A DNA stretch of 64,000 nucleotides from positions 1,400,577-1,464,576 of the forward strand of contig OZ240237.1 in the NCBI GenBank assembly GCA_965198025.1. Direction: 5' to 3'. Shown here in pieces: positions 38,395 through 48,768 of the stretch. The position numbers were made by a program, and so were the translations under genes. Numbering within the stretch: the first letter of the stretch is position 1; every line of letters starts with the position of its first letter. The DNA is from Terriglobia bacterium (lineage in GTDB: Bacteria > Acidobacteriota > Terriglobia > 2-12-FULL-54-10). A model generated the notes under the pieces. That model did not search any database. It saw only the letters and a program-made list of their open reading frames with translations, and had not been told where the DNA came from.

Positions 38395-39726
38395 CTAACG
38401 CTCCGCCACGCGCTCCAACTCTTCAAAGAATCCCGGAAACGAAACCGTTGCCGCATCGCTGTTCCGGATCCTGGTTTCGCCCTTTGCCGCCAGCGCCGCC
38501 ACCGCGAACGCCATCACAATCCGGTGGTCCCCGTACGACTCGATCTCCGCGCCCGTGAGCGGCTGCTTCCCCGGGATCGCAAACCCGTCTTCGAATACCT
38601 CGATCTTTGCGCCCATCCCTTGCAGGTTCTCCGCGACAGTCGCAATCCGGTCGCTCTCTTTCACGCGCAATTCTTGCGCCCCGCGCACCACGAGGCCTTC
38701 CTGCGTCTGCGTCCCCAGGACCGCCAGCACCGGAATCTCGTCAATCAGCCCCGCAACCATCTCACCGTCGATCTCTCCGCCGCGCAACCGGCTGCCCGTC
38801 ACGTGGACGTCTCCGATCAGTTCGCCTGCGGTCTCACCGAGATTGAGCAGCTTGATGTCGGCGCCCATTCCCGTCAGGAAATCGAGCAGCGCCGTCCGCG
38901 TCGGATTCAATCCCACGTCCCGCAAGTAGAGGTCGGAATCCGGAAACAGCAATGCCGCGCAGAGAAAAAACGACGCCGAAGACAAGTCGCCCGGCACAGT
39001 GAGCCTCTGTCCCTGAAGCGGCTTACCGCCGCAGACGGTCGTTCTGCGGCGGCGGCGTTCGATCTCTGCTCCGAACTGCGCTAGCGCGATCTCGGTGTGA
39101 TCGCGTGTCTGCACCGGCTCGGTCACCGTCGTCTTTCCCTCGGCGAGCAGTCCCGCCAGTAAGACGCAGCTTTTGACCTGGGCGCTTGCAACGGGAACCG
39201 AATACTCGATGCCGCGCAGCTTTGCTCCGTCGATTTCGAGCGGTGGGAAGTTTCCCTCTCGCGCCCGGATCGTTGCCCCCATCCGGGTGAGCGGTTCCAT
39301 GATCCGTTTCATCGGCCGCCGCTGCAGCGATTCGTCTCCCGTGATTACGCTGCGGAACGGCTGCCCGGCCAGAAGCCCGCTCAGCATGCGAATTGTAGAG
39401 CCGGAGTTGCCTGCATCAAGCGTTTCTTGCGAATCGAATCTTCCGAAAGAACCGAAGGAACCGAAAGAACCGAATCCGCTGATCACCACTTCCTCGGCGG
39501 GTTCTCCCGTCTCCGATTCCACCTTCCGCCTGGCTATGTTTGTCCCTAACTGCTTCAGACACCGAAGAGCAGAGGCGCAGTCCGCCCCCGGGGCATAGTT
39601 GCGGATCGACGTTTTCCCCTCTGCAATTGCTCCCAGCAGGGCATAGCGGTGCGAGATCGACTTATCGCCGGGCGGTTTCAACCCACCGGCGATCTTCTTT
39701 GTCGGCTGAACGATACGGCCCATCAT
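38395..39726 (-). CDS. aroA: 3-phosphoshikimate 1-carboxyvinyltransferase (EPSP synthase)
   Basis: PGDKSISHR, LDAGNSGST, ASAQVKS, RDHTE, ELRVKESDRI, GDHRIVM. Confidence 0.96.
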   Translation of the reverse strand: MMGRIVQPTKKIAGGLKPPGDKSISHRYALLGAIAEGKTSIRNYAPGADCASALRCLKQLGTNIARRKVESETGEPAEEVVISGFGSFGSFGSFGRFDSQETLDAGNSGSTIRMLSGLLAGQPFRSVITGDESLQRRPMKRIMEPLTRMGATIRAREGNFPPLEIDGAKLRGIEYSVPVASAQVKSCVLLAGLLAEGKTTVTEPVQTRDHTEIALAQFGAEIERRRRRTTVCGGKPLQGQRLTVPGDLSSASFFLCAALLFPDSDLYLRDVGLNPTRTALLDFLTGMGADIKLLNLGETAGELIGDVHVTGSRLRGGEIDGEMVAGLIDEIPVLAVLGTQTQEGLVVRGAQELRVKESDRIATVAENLQGMGAKIEVFEDGFAIPGKQPLTGAEIESYGDHRIVMAFAVAALAAKGETRIRNSDAATVSFPGFFEELERVAER

Positions 39727-39916
39727 TCCCTTTTACACTCTTACCCGTCGCCGACGCAAACTTGAGGACGGATCTATGAAAGAGTTGTGGACCTTTACTT
39801 CTCACCTTGACGAGCAAATGGAGAGGTGTTAGAGTTGCCACGATGATGCTGGCAAGCAGGTAAGGCGTTAGGAGCACCGGGAGTATTTCCTAACAGCTTC
39901 AATACCAGTATCTTAG

Positions 39917-40924
39917 ATGCTAAAAGAAGTTAAATTCACCCGCGGGATCGAAAACCTCTTCGGCACCCTCGATGAGAATCTTCGGTTGCTGGAGAAATCA
40001 CTGCGCATAAAAGCCCACCTGAAAAACGACTGCCTCGAACTCGAAGGCGAACCGCCGGACATCGAGCGCATGGAGCAGATTGTGTCTGATTACAGTCAGC
40101 TCGTAAGGGAAGGAGTGACCTTTAATAACGGCGATTTGCGGTCATATCTGAAAGTAATTGTTGAAGACCATACCGCTGATTTGAAATCTTTGGTCACCAA
40201 TGGACGGCAGCGTCAGTTTGGGAGGAAGTCGGTTGTCCCAAAGAGTCACCACCAGCGTGTCTATCTGGACTTGATTGACCGGCGTGACATGGTTTTCGGA
40301 ATTGGACCGGCCGGCACGGGGAAAACATATCTTGCTGTGGCAATGGGAGTCTCCTATCTGCTCAGTCGGAACATGAACCGAATTGTTCTGGCGCGGCCGG
40401 CGGTGGAAGCTGGCGAGCGGTTAGGGTTCCTGCCGGGGACGTTGCAGGAGAAAGTTGACCCCTATCTCCGACCCCTGTACGACGCTCTTTACGACCTGCT
40501 GGAACCGGAGAAGGTGGAGCATTACCTGGAGCGAGGGACAATCGAAATCGCCCCCATCGCCTTTATGCGTGGCCGAACTCTGAATGACAGCTTCGTGATT
40601 CTTGATGAGGCCCAGAACACGACTGGCGAGCAGATGAAGATGTTCTTGACACGCTTGGGATTCAATTCGAAGGCCGTGATAACAGGGGATATTACTCAGA
40701 TCGATTTGCCGGACGGAAAACGCAGCGGTTTGCTGACGGCGATAGAAGTGGTCCGGAAAATTCCCGAAATCAGCTTTGTGTATTTTGACGAGCGCGACGT
40801 GGTCCGTCATCACCTGGTCCAGCGGATCATTCGTGCCTATGAGGAGTACTCGCAGGCCGGGAATCACGGCGAGGAGGGAGCGCGAGCCACGCAGCCAGCC
40901 GGACCCGAAGCGCCCCCCTCTTAA
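39917..40924 (+). CDS. phoH: PhoH family ATPase
   Basis: GPAGTGKTYLA, RPAVEAGERLGFLPG, FMRGRTL, DEAQN. Confidence 0.94.
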   Translation: MLKEVKFTRGIENLFGTLDENLRLLEKSLRIKAHLKNDCLELEGEPPDIERMEQIVSDYSQLVREGVTFNNGDLRSYLKVIVEDHTADLKSLVTNGRQRQFGRKSVVPKSHHQRVYLDLIDRRDMVFGIGPAGTGKTYLAVAMGVSYLLSRNMNRIVLARPAVEAGERLGFLPGTLQEKVDPYLRPLYDALYDLLEPEKVEHYLERGTIEIAPIAFMRGRTLNDSFVILDEAQNTTGEQMKMFLTRLGFNSKAVITGDITQIDLPDGKRSGLLTAIEVVRKIPEISFVYFDERDVVRHHLVQRIIRAYEEYSQAGNHGEEGARATQPAGPEAPPS

Positions 40925-40950
40925 TTTCTTCCAGGGTCCATTTTGCTTCC

Positions 40951-41517
40951 ATGAGTTCTTCTTCCAACTCGGACTCCGACGACTACGACAGCGTCAGCCT
41001 GTCTGACCACTCAGCTGCGAAGATGTCGCAAGACGTTCTACTGCTCAATCGCCAGCGTGCCGAGCGGGCGGATTGGGATGAAATACGCAGATTTTTGCTT
41101 CGGCTTTCCGCTCGATTGCAGACAGCCGAGTTCACGGTGTGCTTGCTGTCAGACGCCGCAATGCGCCGATACAACAAGCAGTTTCGGGGTCAGGACCGAG
41201 CAACGGATGTGCTGTCTTTTTCCGCCGGAAAGCACACGGGTGACAGGACAGCATTCCTCGGCGACATCTTAATTTCGACCCAGACCGCGCGGCACAACGC
41301 ACGACGGTTTGGATTGCGTTTAGAGGAGGAAATTGAGCTACTGGTGTTGCATGGCGTGCTCCATTTGCTCGGGCACGATCACGAGCGGGACCGCGGTGAA
41401 ATGGCCCGGCTGGAACGAGACTGGAGCAGGCGGCTGGGATTACCGCAGAGTCTAACGGGCCGCAACGGATCTCCGCACCGTACGAAAGGGAACGGGAGGA
41501 GGGGGGCGGGCCGGTGA
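40951..41517 (+). CDS. ybeY: rRNA maturation RNase YbeY
   Basis: N..FRGQDRATDVLSF, LGDILIS, HGVLHLLGHDH; start may be 41023. Confidence 0.93.
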   Translation: MSSSSNSDSDDYDSVSLSDHSAAKMSQDVLLLNRQRAERADWDEIRRFLLRLSARLQTAEFTVCLLSDAAMRRYNKQFRGQDRATDVLSFSAGKHTGDRTAFLGDILISTQTARHNARRFGLRLEEEIELLVLHGVLHLLGHDHERDRGEMARLERDWSRRLGLPQSLTGRNGSPHRTKGNGRRGAGR

Positions 41518-42827
41518 GTCTGATTGATCTCCTGCATCTGCTAGTAATTCTCGGCAGCAGTCTTCTGCTGGTCTTGTATTCCTACGTTAACCGTTTATAC
41601 AGCGAAAAGGGTCGCTTCCTGGTGCGCGGCTCAAGAGACAACGTAGAGTTCTTTGAGCAAGAGATCGAGCCTGCGCTCGGAATCAACATGGAGAAGGCCG
41701 AGCTGACGTTTCCACTGCTGGTCCAGATGGACCTGATCCTGCTGGTTCTATCTATGGCGAGCTGGAATCTTTGGCAGCCGCTGCGCTGGGATGGGCTGAT
41801 CCAGGGAGGAGTTTTTCTCCTGCTGGACGTCTTATTCTGCGCCCAGATTGTTCCGTCGCTCCTGCTGACGAGCACACGTGGGATGTGGCTTAAAGCCTGG
41901 CGGAAAACCTTGCGCGTCTCGATTTTCGTGGTCTCCCCGCTGGTGGCGCTCAGCCAGATCCTGCAATCCGTCATGAGTTTGGGCAAGGAAGAAGAAGAGG
42001 GAGAGGAGCCGAGCCCCATTGAAAACATCGAGGCCTTGATGATGGCCGGTGAAGAGGAAGGGTTTCTGGAAAAGGAAGACCGGAAGCTGATCCAGTCGGT
42101 GGTGGAGTTCGGCGACAAGACCGTCCGGGAAGTGATGACGCCGCGTCCGGAGATCGTGGCGGTTCCGGTGGAGACCACCATGGATCAGTTGAAGCAAATG
42201 CTTTCCAAACGCCGGTTTTCCCGGGTTCCCGTCTATGAAGGAGACCTCGACCACATTCGGGGTTTTGTGCATGCAATGGACCTGTTTGTGCTGAGCAACG
42301 CAGATGCTTTGAACGAGAGCATTCACCGGCTGGTCCGACCGCTGCTGTTCGTTCCAGAGACCAAGCCCATCGCCAAGCTGCTCAAGGAGCTGCAGCAAAC
42401 CACGCCAATGGCAGTGGTCGTGGACGAATACGGCTCGGTGGCGGGCCTTGCGACGGTTGAGGACATGGTCGAGGAAATAGTCGGGGAAATCCGAGATGAG
42501 CACGAAGCGCAAGACGTAATTCCGCAAGGGGAGGGAACCTACAGCGTTCCGGGAAGCCTCGATCTGGACCGGCTTCACGATCTGTTCGGCGTCCGTTTGG
42601 GGGAAACCGGGGATGCCACTACGGTATCCGGCCTCATGACTGTTGTTCTGGGGCGAGTGCCGTCGCCGGGAGAGGTTGTTCGTCAGGAAGGTCTGCAGTT
42701 TCAGGTAACCGAATCCAACGGACGGCGGGTAGTACGGCTGCTCGTGAGCGGGCCGGTCGAGAGCCCATCGGCCTTGTTCCCCGCGCCCGATCAACATAAT
42801 ATTCACAACTCATCCCAGCGCAGCTAA
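41514..42827 (+). CDS. Hemolysin/CorC family CBS-domain membrane protein
   Basis: N-terminal TM domain, VREVMTPR, FSRVPVY, VVDEYGSVAGL..EDMVEEIVGEI, CorC_HlyC C-terminus. Confidence 0.9.
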   Translation: MSLIDLLHLLVILGSSLLLVLYSYVNRLYSEKGRFLVRGSRDNVEFFEQEIEPALGINMEKAELTFPLLVQMDLILLVLSMASWNLWQPLRWDGLIQGGVFLLLDVLFCAQIVPSLLLTSTRGMWLKAWRKTLRVSIFVVSPLVALSQILQSVMSLGKEEEEGEEPSPIENIEALMMAGEEEGFLEKEDRKLIQSVVEFGDKTVREVMTPRPEIVAVPVETTMDQLKQMLSKRRFSRVPVYEGDLDHIRGFVHAMDLFVLSNADALNESIHRLVRPLLFVPETKPIAKLLKELQQTTPMAVVVDEYGSVAGLATVEDMVEEIVGEIRDEHEAQDVIPQGEGTYSVPGSLDLDRLHDLFGVRLGETGDATTVSGLMTVVLGRVPSPGEVVRQEGLQFQVTESNGRRVVRLLVSGPVESPSALFPAPDQHNIHNSSQRS

Positions 42828-42862
42828 ATACCAATTTTCCTAACCGAACAGGACTCACATCG

Positions 42863-43828
42863 ATGAAGAGCCGCAGCGGATTTGTGACCCTCCTGGGTCG
42901 GCCCAACGTTGGCAAGTCCACTCTGCTCAATGCCCTCATCGGCTCGAAAATCTCAATCGTCACCGAGAAGCCGCAGACGACGAGAACTGCGATTCAGGGA
43001 GTGCTCACGCTCGACAGTCGCACTAACCCATTCGGTGTTACCGTTTCTCCCATTCCCAACTCCGAGGATGGCTCATCCCCGCCCATAGCGCAGGTTGTTT
43101 TCCTCGACACTCCCGGAATCATGGAACCGCGATCTGCACTGGACGAGAAGATGGTGGAGGAAATACGGGGGTCTCTCGCCGACCGGGACGTGCTGCTATT
43201 TCTGGTGGACGCTTCACAGCCGCTCGGCCGCAAGGATGAAGAGGCTCTCGAATGGGTGCGGACGGCCGGAGTGCCGTGTTTTCTTCTGCTCAACAAGATT
43301 GACCGGATCGCAAAACCGACACTGCTTCCCCTGATTGGCGGGTACCGGGAGCTATACGACTTCGCCGAGGTAATCCCAATTTCGGCGATGAGGGGCGAAA
43401 ACCTGTCTCTGCTGTTAGAACTGGTTCTTGCGCGGTTGCCGGAAGGGCCGCTCTATTTCCCGCCCGAGCACTTGACCGAGCAGCCTGTGCGGTTCCTGGT
43501 TGCAGAGATTATCCGGGAAAAGATCGGCCTAGAGACCCGCCAGGAAGTGCCGTTTTCGAGCGCTGTGCTAATTGCGCGCTTCGAGGAGAAGGAAGCTTTG
43601 ACGTACATCGCGGGAGAGATTGTTGTTGAGCGTGACGGGCAGAAGGGAATCCTAATCGGGGCCGGCGGACAAAAGTTGAAGCGTATCGGGACACTCGCCC
43701 GCAAAGAGATTGAAGATCTCCTGGGCCGGAAGGTTTTCCTGGAGCTTCATGTCAAAGTGCGCGAACGATGGAGAGACAATCCACGGTTTCTGGCGGAACT
43801 CGACTGGCGGAAAATGGTGGGCGAATGA
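42863..43828 (+). CDS. era: GTPase Era
   Basis: GRPNVGKSTL, KPQTTR, DTPG, NKID, KH domain GILIGAGG. Confidence 0.96.
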   Translation: MKSRSGFVTLLGRPNVGKSTLLNALIGSKISIVTEKPQTTRTAIQGVLTLDSRTNPFGVTVSPIPNSEDGSSPPIAQVVFLDTPGIMEPRSALDEKMVEEIRGSLADRDVLLFLVDASQPLGRKDEEALEWVRTAGVPCFLLLNKIDRIAKPTLLPLIGGYRELYDFAEVIPISAMRGENLSLLLELVLARLPEGPLYFPPEHLTEQPVRFLVAEIIREKIGLETRQEVPFSSAVLIARFEEKEALTYIAGEIVVERDGQKGILIGAGGQKLKRIGTLARKEIEDLLGRKVFLELHVKVRERWRDNPRFLAELDWRKMVGE

Positions 43829-44018
43829 GATTGCACGTAGCAGAGTTTGCTCGGGACGGGAATCTTGCTTCTCGCCCTGCGGCATCTCTTGCGTCGCTAA
43901 AGAGATGAACAACATTGGATGTGCTCTCGAAGGGTCGGAAATTCTGGGTGTCGGGAGAGGTGGAGGAGATTGAGCAGAAGATGGAGGCCGCGGCGAAACG
44001 GCCTCTTGAAAGAACTCC

Positions 44019-45374
44019 TTAACTGCTCGGCGAAATCCCGAGCGACTTCATCTTGCGGTAGAGGTGGCTTCGCTCGAGGCCGAGCGACTCGGCTGTACGG
44101 GTGACGTTGCCATGGTTTTCTTCGAGCTTTCTGACAATGAAATCGCGCTCATAGGCAGCGCGGGCCTGCTGCAGTGTAGTCGGCTCGGCGGCGCTTCGCC
44201 GCTGCCCGTCGTTCCGAAACAGGAACGATGGCAGGTGTCTCCATTCGATCACCGGGTCAGCGATCATGATGACCAGCCGCTCGATCAGGTTCTTGAGCTC
44301 CCGAACGTTTCCAGGCCAAGAGTGAGCTTCGAGAGCCTCCAGGGTATTCGGGGCAAGCTCCTTTTGCCTCCGTCCGTACATGAGCGCAAACTCGCGCAGA
44401 AAGTAGCGGGCGAGTATAGGAATATCCTCAACCCGTTCCCGCAAAGGGGGCACAACGAATGGGATCACGTTCAAGCGGTAAAAGAGGTCTTCGCGGAAGT
44501 TGCCGTGCGCGATCTCTTCCTCCAGGTTTTTGTTCGTGGCGGCGATGATGCGGGTATCTACGCTGACGGTGCTGAGCGAGCCCAAGGGCTCGAAGCGCTG
44601 CTCTTCGATGGCCCGCAGGACCTTGGCCTGAGTCTTGAGACTCATGTCGCCCACTTCGTCCAGAAACAGCGTTCCGCCGTCCGCCTTCGGAAACTTGCCG
44701 ACCTTGTCCTCCGAGGCGCCGGTAAAGCTTCCCTTACGGTGGCCGAACAATTCACTCTCAATCAACTCTTCCGGGATCGCGGCGCAGTTGACTTCAACGA
44801 ACGGCTCCTTCGCCCGCAAGCTGTGCGCATGGATGGCGTGGGCAATTAGTTCTTTGCCGGTGCCGCTCTCGCCGAAAATCAGAACCCGGCCGTTTGTCGG
44901 AGCCATCAGGAGCATCTGCTGGCGCAGAGCCTTCATGGGCATGCTGTCGCCGATGATGCGGTAGCGCTCCTCCAGTTCATTTCGTAGTTGGCGGTTCTCT
45001 TCGAGCAGCGCCTGATGTTCGAGCGCGTTCTTGAGGACGAGAAGAGTCTTCTCGATCGATAGGGGCTTTTCCAGAAAATCGAATGCGCCGATCTTTGTCG
45101 CCTTGACGGCGGCTTCAACGTTTCCATGCCCGGAAATCATGATGACAACCGCCGCGGAATGTTCGTCGTGAATCCGCTGTAGCACTTCCAGGCCATCCAT
45201 GTCGTCGAGCCACACGTCGAGCAACACTCCATGGAACGGTTCGGAGGCTAGCGCTTGCAGAGCTTCCTGCCCCGTGGCGACGGTCAGAATGCGGTAGCCC
45301 TCGTCCTGCAAAACGGCTGAGAGGGATTGTCGGATCCCCTGTTCGTCGTCCACGATCAGCAAGTACGGTTTCAT
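44019..45374 (-). CDS. Sigma-54-dependent response regulator (NtrX-like)
   Basis: REC domain, GESGTGKE, GSFTGA, FREDLFYRL, Fis-type HTH. Confidence 0.92.
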   Translation of the reverse strand: MKPYLLIVDDEQGIRQSLSAVLQDEGYRILTVATGQEALQALASEPFHGVLLDVWLDDMDGLEVLQRIHDEHSAAVVIMISGHGNVEAAVKATKIGAFDFLEKPLSIEKTLLVLKNALEHQALLEENRQLRNELEERYRIIGDSMPMKALRQQMLLMAPTNGRVLIFGESGTGKELIAHAIHAHSLRAKEPFVEVNCAAIPEELIESELFGHRKGSFTGASEDKVGKFPKADGGTLFLDEVGDMSLKTQAKVLRAIEEQRFEPLGSLSTVSVDTRIIAATNKNLEEEIAHGNFREDLFYRLNVIPFVVPPLRERVEDIPILARYFLREFALMYGRRQKELAPNTLEALEAHSWPGNVRELKNLIERLVIMIADPVIEWRHLPSFLFRNDGQRRSAAEPTTLQQARAAYERDFIVRKLEENHGNVTRTAESLGLERSHLYRKMKSLGISPSS

Positions 45375-45378
45375 GCAG

Positions 45379-47604
45379 CTAGGCGGCGGGCGGTGTCGGC
45401 AGCTCGATGATGAACCGGGTTCCCACAGGCTCGTTCTTCTCCGTCCGAATCGTCCCGTTGTGTTCCGAGACGATGCGATTCACGATCGCGAGTCCTAAGC
45501 CGGTGCCGCGGTTCTTGGTCGAAAAGTAGGGGAGAAACAACCTTTCCTTGGCTTCGGGCGTGACGCCGCAGCCGGTGTCGGCCACCTCGGCTTCAATGAC
45601 TTCCCGCCGTGCGTCCGGACGGGTGGTGACGACCAGTTCGCGGACCAGCGATTCCTCCATTGCCTCCGCAGCGTTGTCAATCAAGTTGACAAACACCCGG
45701 CGGAACTGTTCCGGGTCCACTTGAACAGTCGGCAGATTCTCTGCCAGGCGCGTGCGGATGCGAATTCCGTCCAGCCGCCCGTTGAACAGGTTCAAGGAGC
45801 TTTCGATGATGTGATTCAGGTTGGCGGCAGAAGGATGTGCCTCCGGCAGGCGGGCAAACTGCGCGAACTCGTCCACCAGCCGTTGCAGATGCTCAACTTC
45901 CTGCTGGATGAGACTGCAGGACTCCTGAACCACGCGGTGCAATTCCGAAGAGCCGTTCTGGGGAGCATGCCGCTCCAGCCATAAGTGAATCCGTTCCGCC
46001 GAAAGGGCTATCGGAGTGAGCGGGTTTTTGATCTCGTGTGCAACCCGCTGGGCCACCTCGCCCCAGGCGGCTGCCTTCTGAGCACGGAGAAGATCGCTCA
46101 GGTCTTCCATCACTAGAACGAAGGAATTCGCGCCGGGCTTGTGGTCCGACGGGTCGGGCGACTCACCTGACAACGAACAGACCGTGACCGCAAGGTGCAA
46201 GGTCCGATCGCCCTGCTTGACTTCCAGTTGCCGCGATGCCTGCCCGATACGGGCGGCGCGCCGGATCAGATGCCGCAGGTCTCGCCAGTTCTCGCCTGTA
46301 AACAGCCCGGCAATATGGCCCAAATCGCCCGACTCGTGCCCGAAAAAACGGCGTGCTGCTCCGTTGCTTTCGAGGATCGTTCCGCCGCCAGATACGGTAA
46401 TCACGCCCGTGGGGATGCTATCGAGGATCGCTTCAGTAAACTGCCTCCGTTGGTCAATCTCGCGGTTCATCTGTTCCAGATGAACGCGCGCCTGTTCTCT
46501 TGCAGCGCGGCCGGCTGCCAGTTGTTCAGTCATTTCATTGAACGAGCTCACCAGAACACCCAATTCGTCAGCCGCACGGGTCTTGACGCGATACGCCAGG
46601 TTGCCGCGGGAAACTTCGTGGGTCGCCTCGGCGAGGGCCTGAATCGGGACCGTCACCTGCCGCGAAAAGTAGAGTGCAAACCACGTCGCAATGAACAAGA
46701 TCAGCACGGTCAGCAATAGGAGAATCGAGAGATAGGTCGAGCGGACGGAGCGCCGCTCTTGGCTCAGTTCGCCGTAGAGAGCACTTTCCTCGTTCAGGCG
46801 AGCAGCGCTCTCGGAGATTCTCGGCGGCAGCTGGCGAGCCGCCAGCACGGTACCTATGCGCCCAGCGAGTTCAACGGTTGCCCACCCGACTGCGTAGCTC
46901 TCTTCTCCCTGATCCACGATGAGAGATCCCCTGTCACCAGCGGTCTGGCCTTCTCCGTTCGCCTGCGCGGCTCGAATCGCTTCCGAAACCTCAGGCCTGG
47001 AGCTCCGTCCGATCAGTTCTGTTCCGTCTGGACCCACGACCGCGAAGTAGTCGAGTGCTCGGGGAGGGGCATCGGAAGCAAGCTTGCGGTCCAACGCTAC
47101 GGCCGCGCTGTCCAGGGTGCCAGCCGCAGCACGGACCTCCGACACAAGAATTTCCGCATCCGTTGCAGCACGGCTGCGGGCGAATTCCCTTATTTCCGCC
47201 ACGAGGTCTTGTGCGTCCCGGCTGATCGTTTCATACGGTCGACTGAACCACTTGTCGAGCGTGCGATTCAGCAGACTGTAGGAGAACAGGAAGAGAAAAC
47301 AGACCGGGGCCACGGAAAGCGCCAAAGCACCAAACACAAGCTTGGTCTTAAACTTGGAGCCCAGCAGGTTCGCCCGGCGCTCCATAGTCAACTTGAACAG
47401 GCTACGGAACAGGATGAATCCGAAAATGACCAGACTCAGAAAGATCAGCGTGGATAAAACAAACAGCAGGATCACTTCCGAAGATCCGCTGGGACGGATG
47501 AAAGGCAGCTGGAAGGAGGTGAGTGCAAACAGGCTTCCCACCAGCAGCAGCACGATGACGCTGGCCGTGATGATAAAGCCGGGCCGCATGCGAGGGTCAG
47601 TCAT
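45379..47604 (-). CDS. Sensor histidine kinase (NtrY-like; HAMP-PAS-HisKA-HATPase)
   Basis: AAWGEVAQRVAHEIKNPLTPI, NLIDNA, DTGCG, GTGLGL. Confidence 0.92.
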   Translation of the reverse strand: MTDPRMRPGFIITASVIVLLLVGSLFALTSFQLPFIRPSGSSEVILLFVLSTLIFLSLVIFGFILFRSLFKLTMERRANLLGSKFKTKLVFGALALSVAPVCFLFLFSYSLLNRTLDKWFSRPYETISRDAQDLVAEIREFARSRAATDAEILVSEVRAAAGTLDSAAVALDRKLASDAPPRALDYFAVVGPDGTELIGRSSRPEVSEAIRAAQANGEGQTAGDRGSLIVDQGEESYAVGWATVELAGRIGTVLAARQLPPRISESAARLNEESALYGELSQERRSVRSTYLSILLLLTVLILFIATWFALYFSRQVTVPIQALAEATHEVSRGNLAYRVKTRAADELGVLVSSFNEMTEQLAAGRAAREQARVHLEQMNREIDQRRQFTEAILDSIPTGVITVSGGGTILESNGAARRFFGHESGDLGHIAGLFTGENWRDLRHLIRRAARIGQASRQLEVKQGDRTLHLAVTVCSLSGESPDPSDHKPGANSFVLVMEDLSDLLRAQKAAAWGEVAQRVAHEIKNPLTPIALSAERIHLWLERHAPQNGSSELHRVVQESCSLIQQEVEHLQRLVDEFAQFARLPEAHPSAANLNHIIESSLNLFNGRLDGIRIRTRLAENLPTVQVDPEQFRRVFVNLIDNAAEAMEESLVRELVVTTRPDARREVIEAEVADTGCGVTPEAKERLFLPYFSTKNRGTGLGLAIVNRIVSEHNGTIRTEKNEPVGTRFIIELPTPPAA

Positions 47605-47799
47605 GGAAACCTTCGTCCGCAACCATCGCGTTCAGTATAGCACGCGCGGGGAGTCCCTGTTGGGCGCGCAAAAGGTTGTCGCAAAAGACGATGGGCAAGC
47701 CTCTGTGGCCCTTCATGGTTTCGATAACAAGCAGAGATTGGCTCCATCGGTTTCCCGATGGGGATTATAATGCCGGGGGATTGGCCGGGCAGGCAGGTG

Positions 47800-48744
47800 A
47801 TGAAGACACATTCTACAGTAGGTGGGTTGCAGCATTTTGCAAGTCGTCTTCTGTTTGCGGCGCCGGTGGTATTCCTGGTTGTCAGCTTGGTCTTTTTCCT
47901 GATCCATCTGGTGCCGGGTGACCCGGTTCAACAAATGCTTGGCGAGCGGGCGCAGGCGGCCGACGTCGAGCGAATGCGTCGGGAATTGGGACTCGACCAG
48001 CCGGTGCTCACACAGTACGTGCAGTACCTTGGCGGTTTGCTCCGCGGGGACCTCGGCCGGTCGTTCCGCTTCAATTCTCCTGTCACAGAGATCATCCTGA
48101 GCCGCTATCCGGCGACGATTGTGCTGACTGTGGCATCCCTGTTCGTAGCGCTGCTACTTTCGATCCCTGCGGGCGTGCAGGCAGCCGTCCATCGCGGGCG
48201 CTGGCCGGATGGCGTACTGGGATTCCTCAGTTTGCTCGGGTTGTCGTTCCCGAATTTCGCCCTAGGACCTATGCTGATCCTGCTATTTTCCGTGGAAGCC
48301 GGATGGCTGCCTGTTTCCGGTTCGGGTTCGGTCCTGCATCTGATCCTTCCCGCCGTCACGCTGGGAACAGCGCTGGCGGCGGTATTAACACGAATGGTGC
48401 GCACGTCAGTTCTGGAGGAATTGGGCCAAGACTACGTGCGCACAGCGCGGGCCAAAGGCTTAAGCGAGCCCCGCATCCGCTACAAGCATGTGCTGCGAAA
48501 CGGACTGATTCCGGTGGCAACGCTGGTGGGTTTGCAGTTGGGGGCGTTGCTCTCAGGCGCCATGGTGACGGAGACGATCTTCTCGTGGCCGGGAATCGGA
48601 CGCCTCACCTTGCAGGCCATCAACTCGCGCGACTACCCACTGGTGCAGGGATGTTTTCTCACGATTGCGGTCACCTATATCGTGGTGAACCTGATTACCG
48701 ATTTGGTGTACGGCGTAGTGGACCCCCGAATCCGTGAAGCATGA
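47800..48744 (+). CDS. Peptide/nickel ABC transporter permease (DppB-like)
   Basis: PGDPV, GDLGRS, DYVRTARAKGL, ETIFSWPGIG. Confidence 0.92.
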   Translation: MKTHSTVGGLQHFASRLLFAAPVVFLVVSLVFFLIHLVPGDPVQQMLGERAQAADVERMRRELGLDQPVLTQYVQYLGGLLRGDLGRSFRFNSPVTEIILSRYPATIVLTVASLFVALLLSIPAGVQAAVHRGRWPDGVLGFLSLLGLSFPNFALGPMLILLFSVEAGWLPVSGSGSVLHLILPAVTLGTALAAVLTRMVRTSVLEELGQDYVRTARAKGLSEPRIRYKHVLRNGLIPVATLVGLQLGALLSGAMVTETIFSWPGIGRLTLQAINSRDYPLVQGCFLTIAVTYIVVNLITDLVYGVVDPRIREA

Positions 48745-48768
48745 TGAGAATTTGCAGCGAAGAATAGA

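Noticed and set aside
43010-43090. Intein or mobile insert in Era
   Set aside because: The insert is only about 20 aa, Pro/Ser-rich and has no splicing motifs; likely a variable loop.
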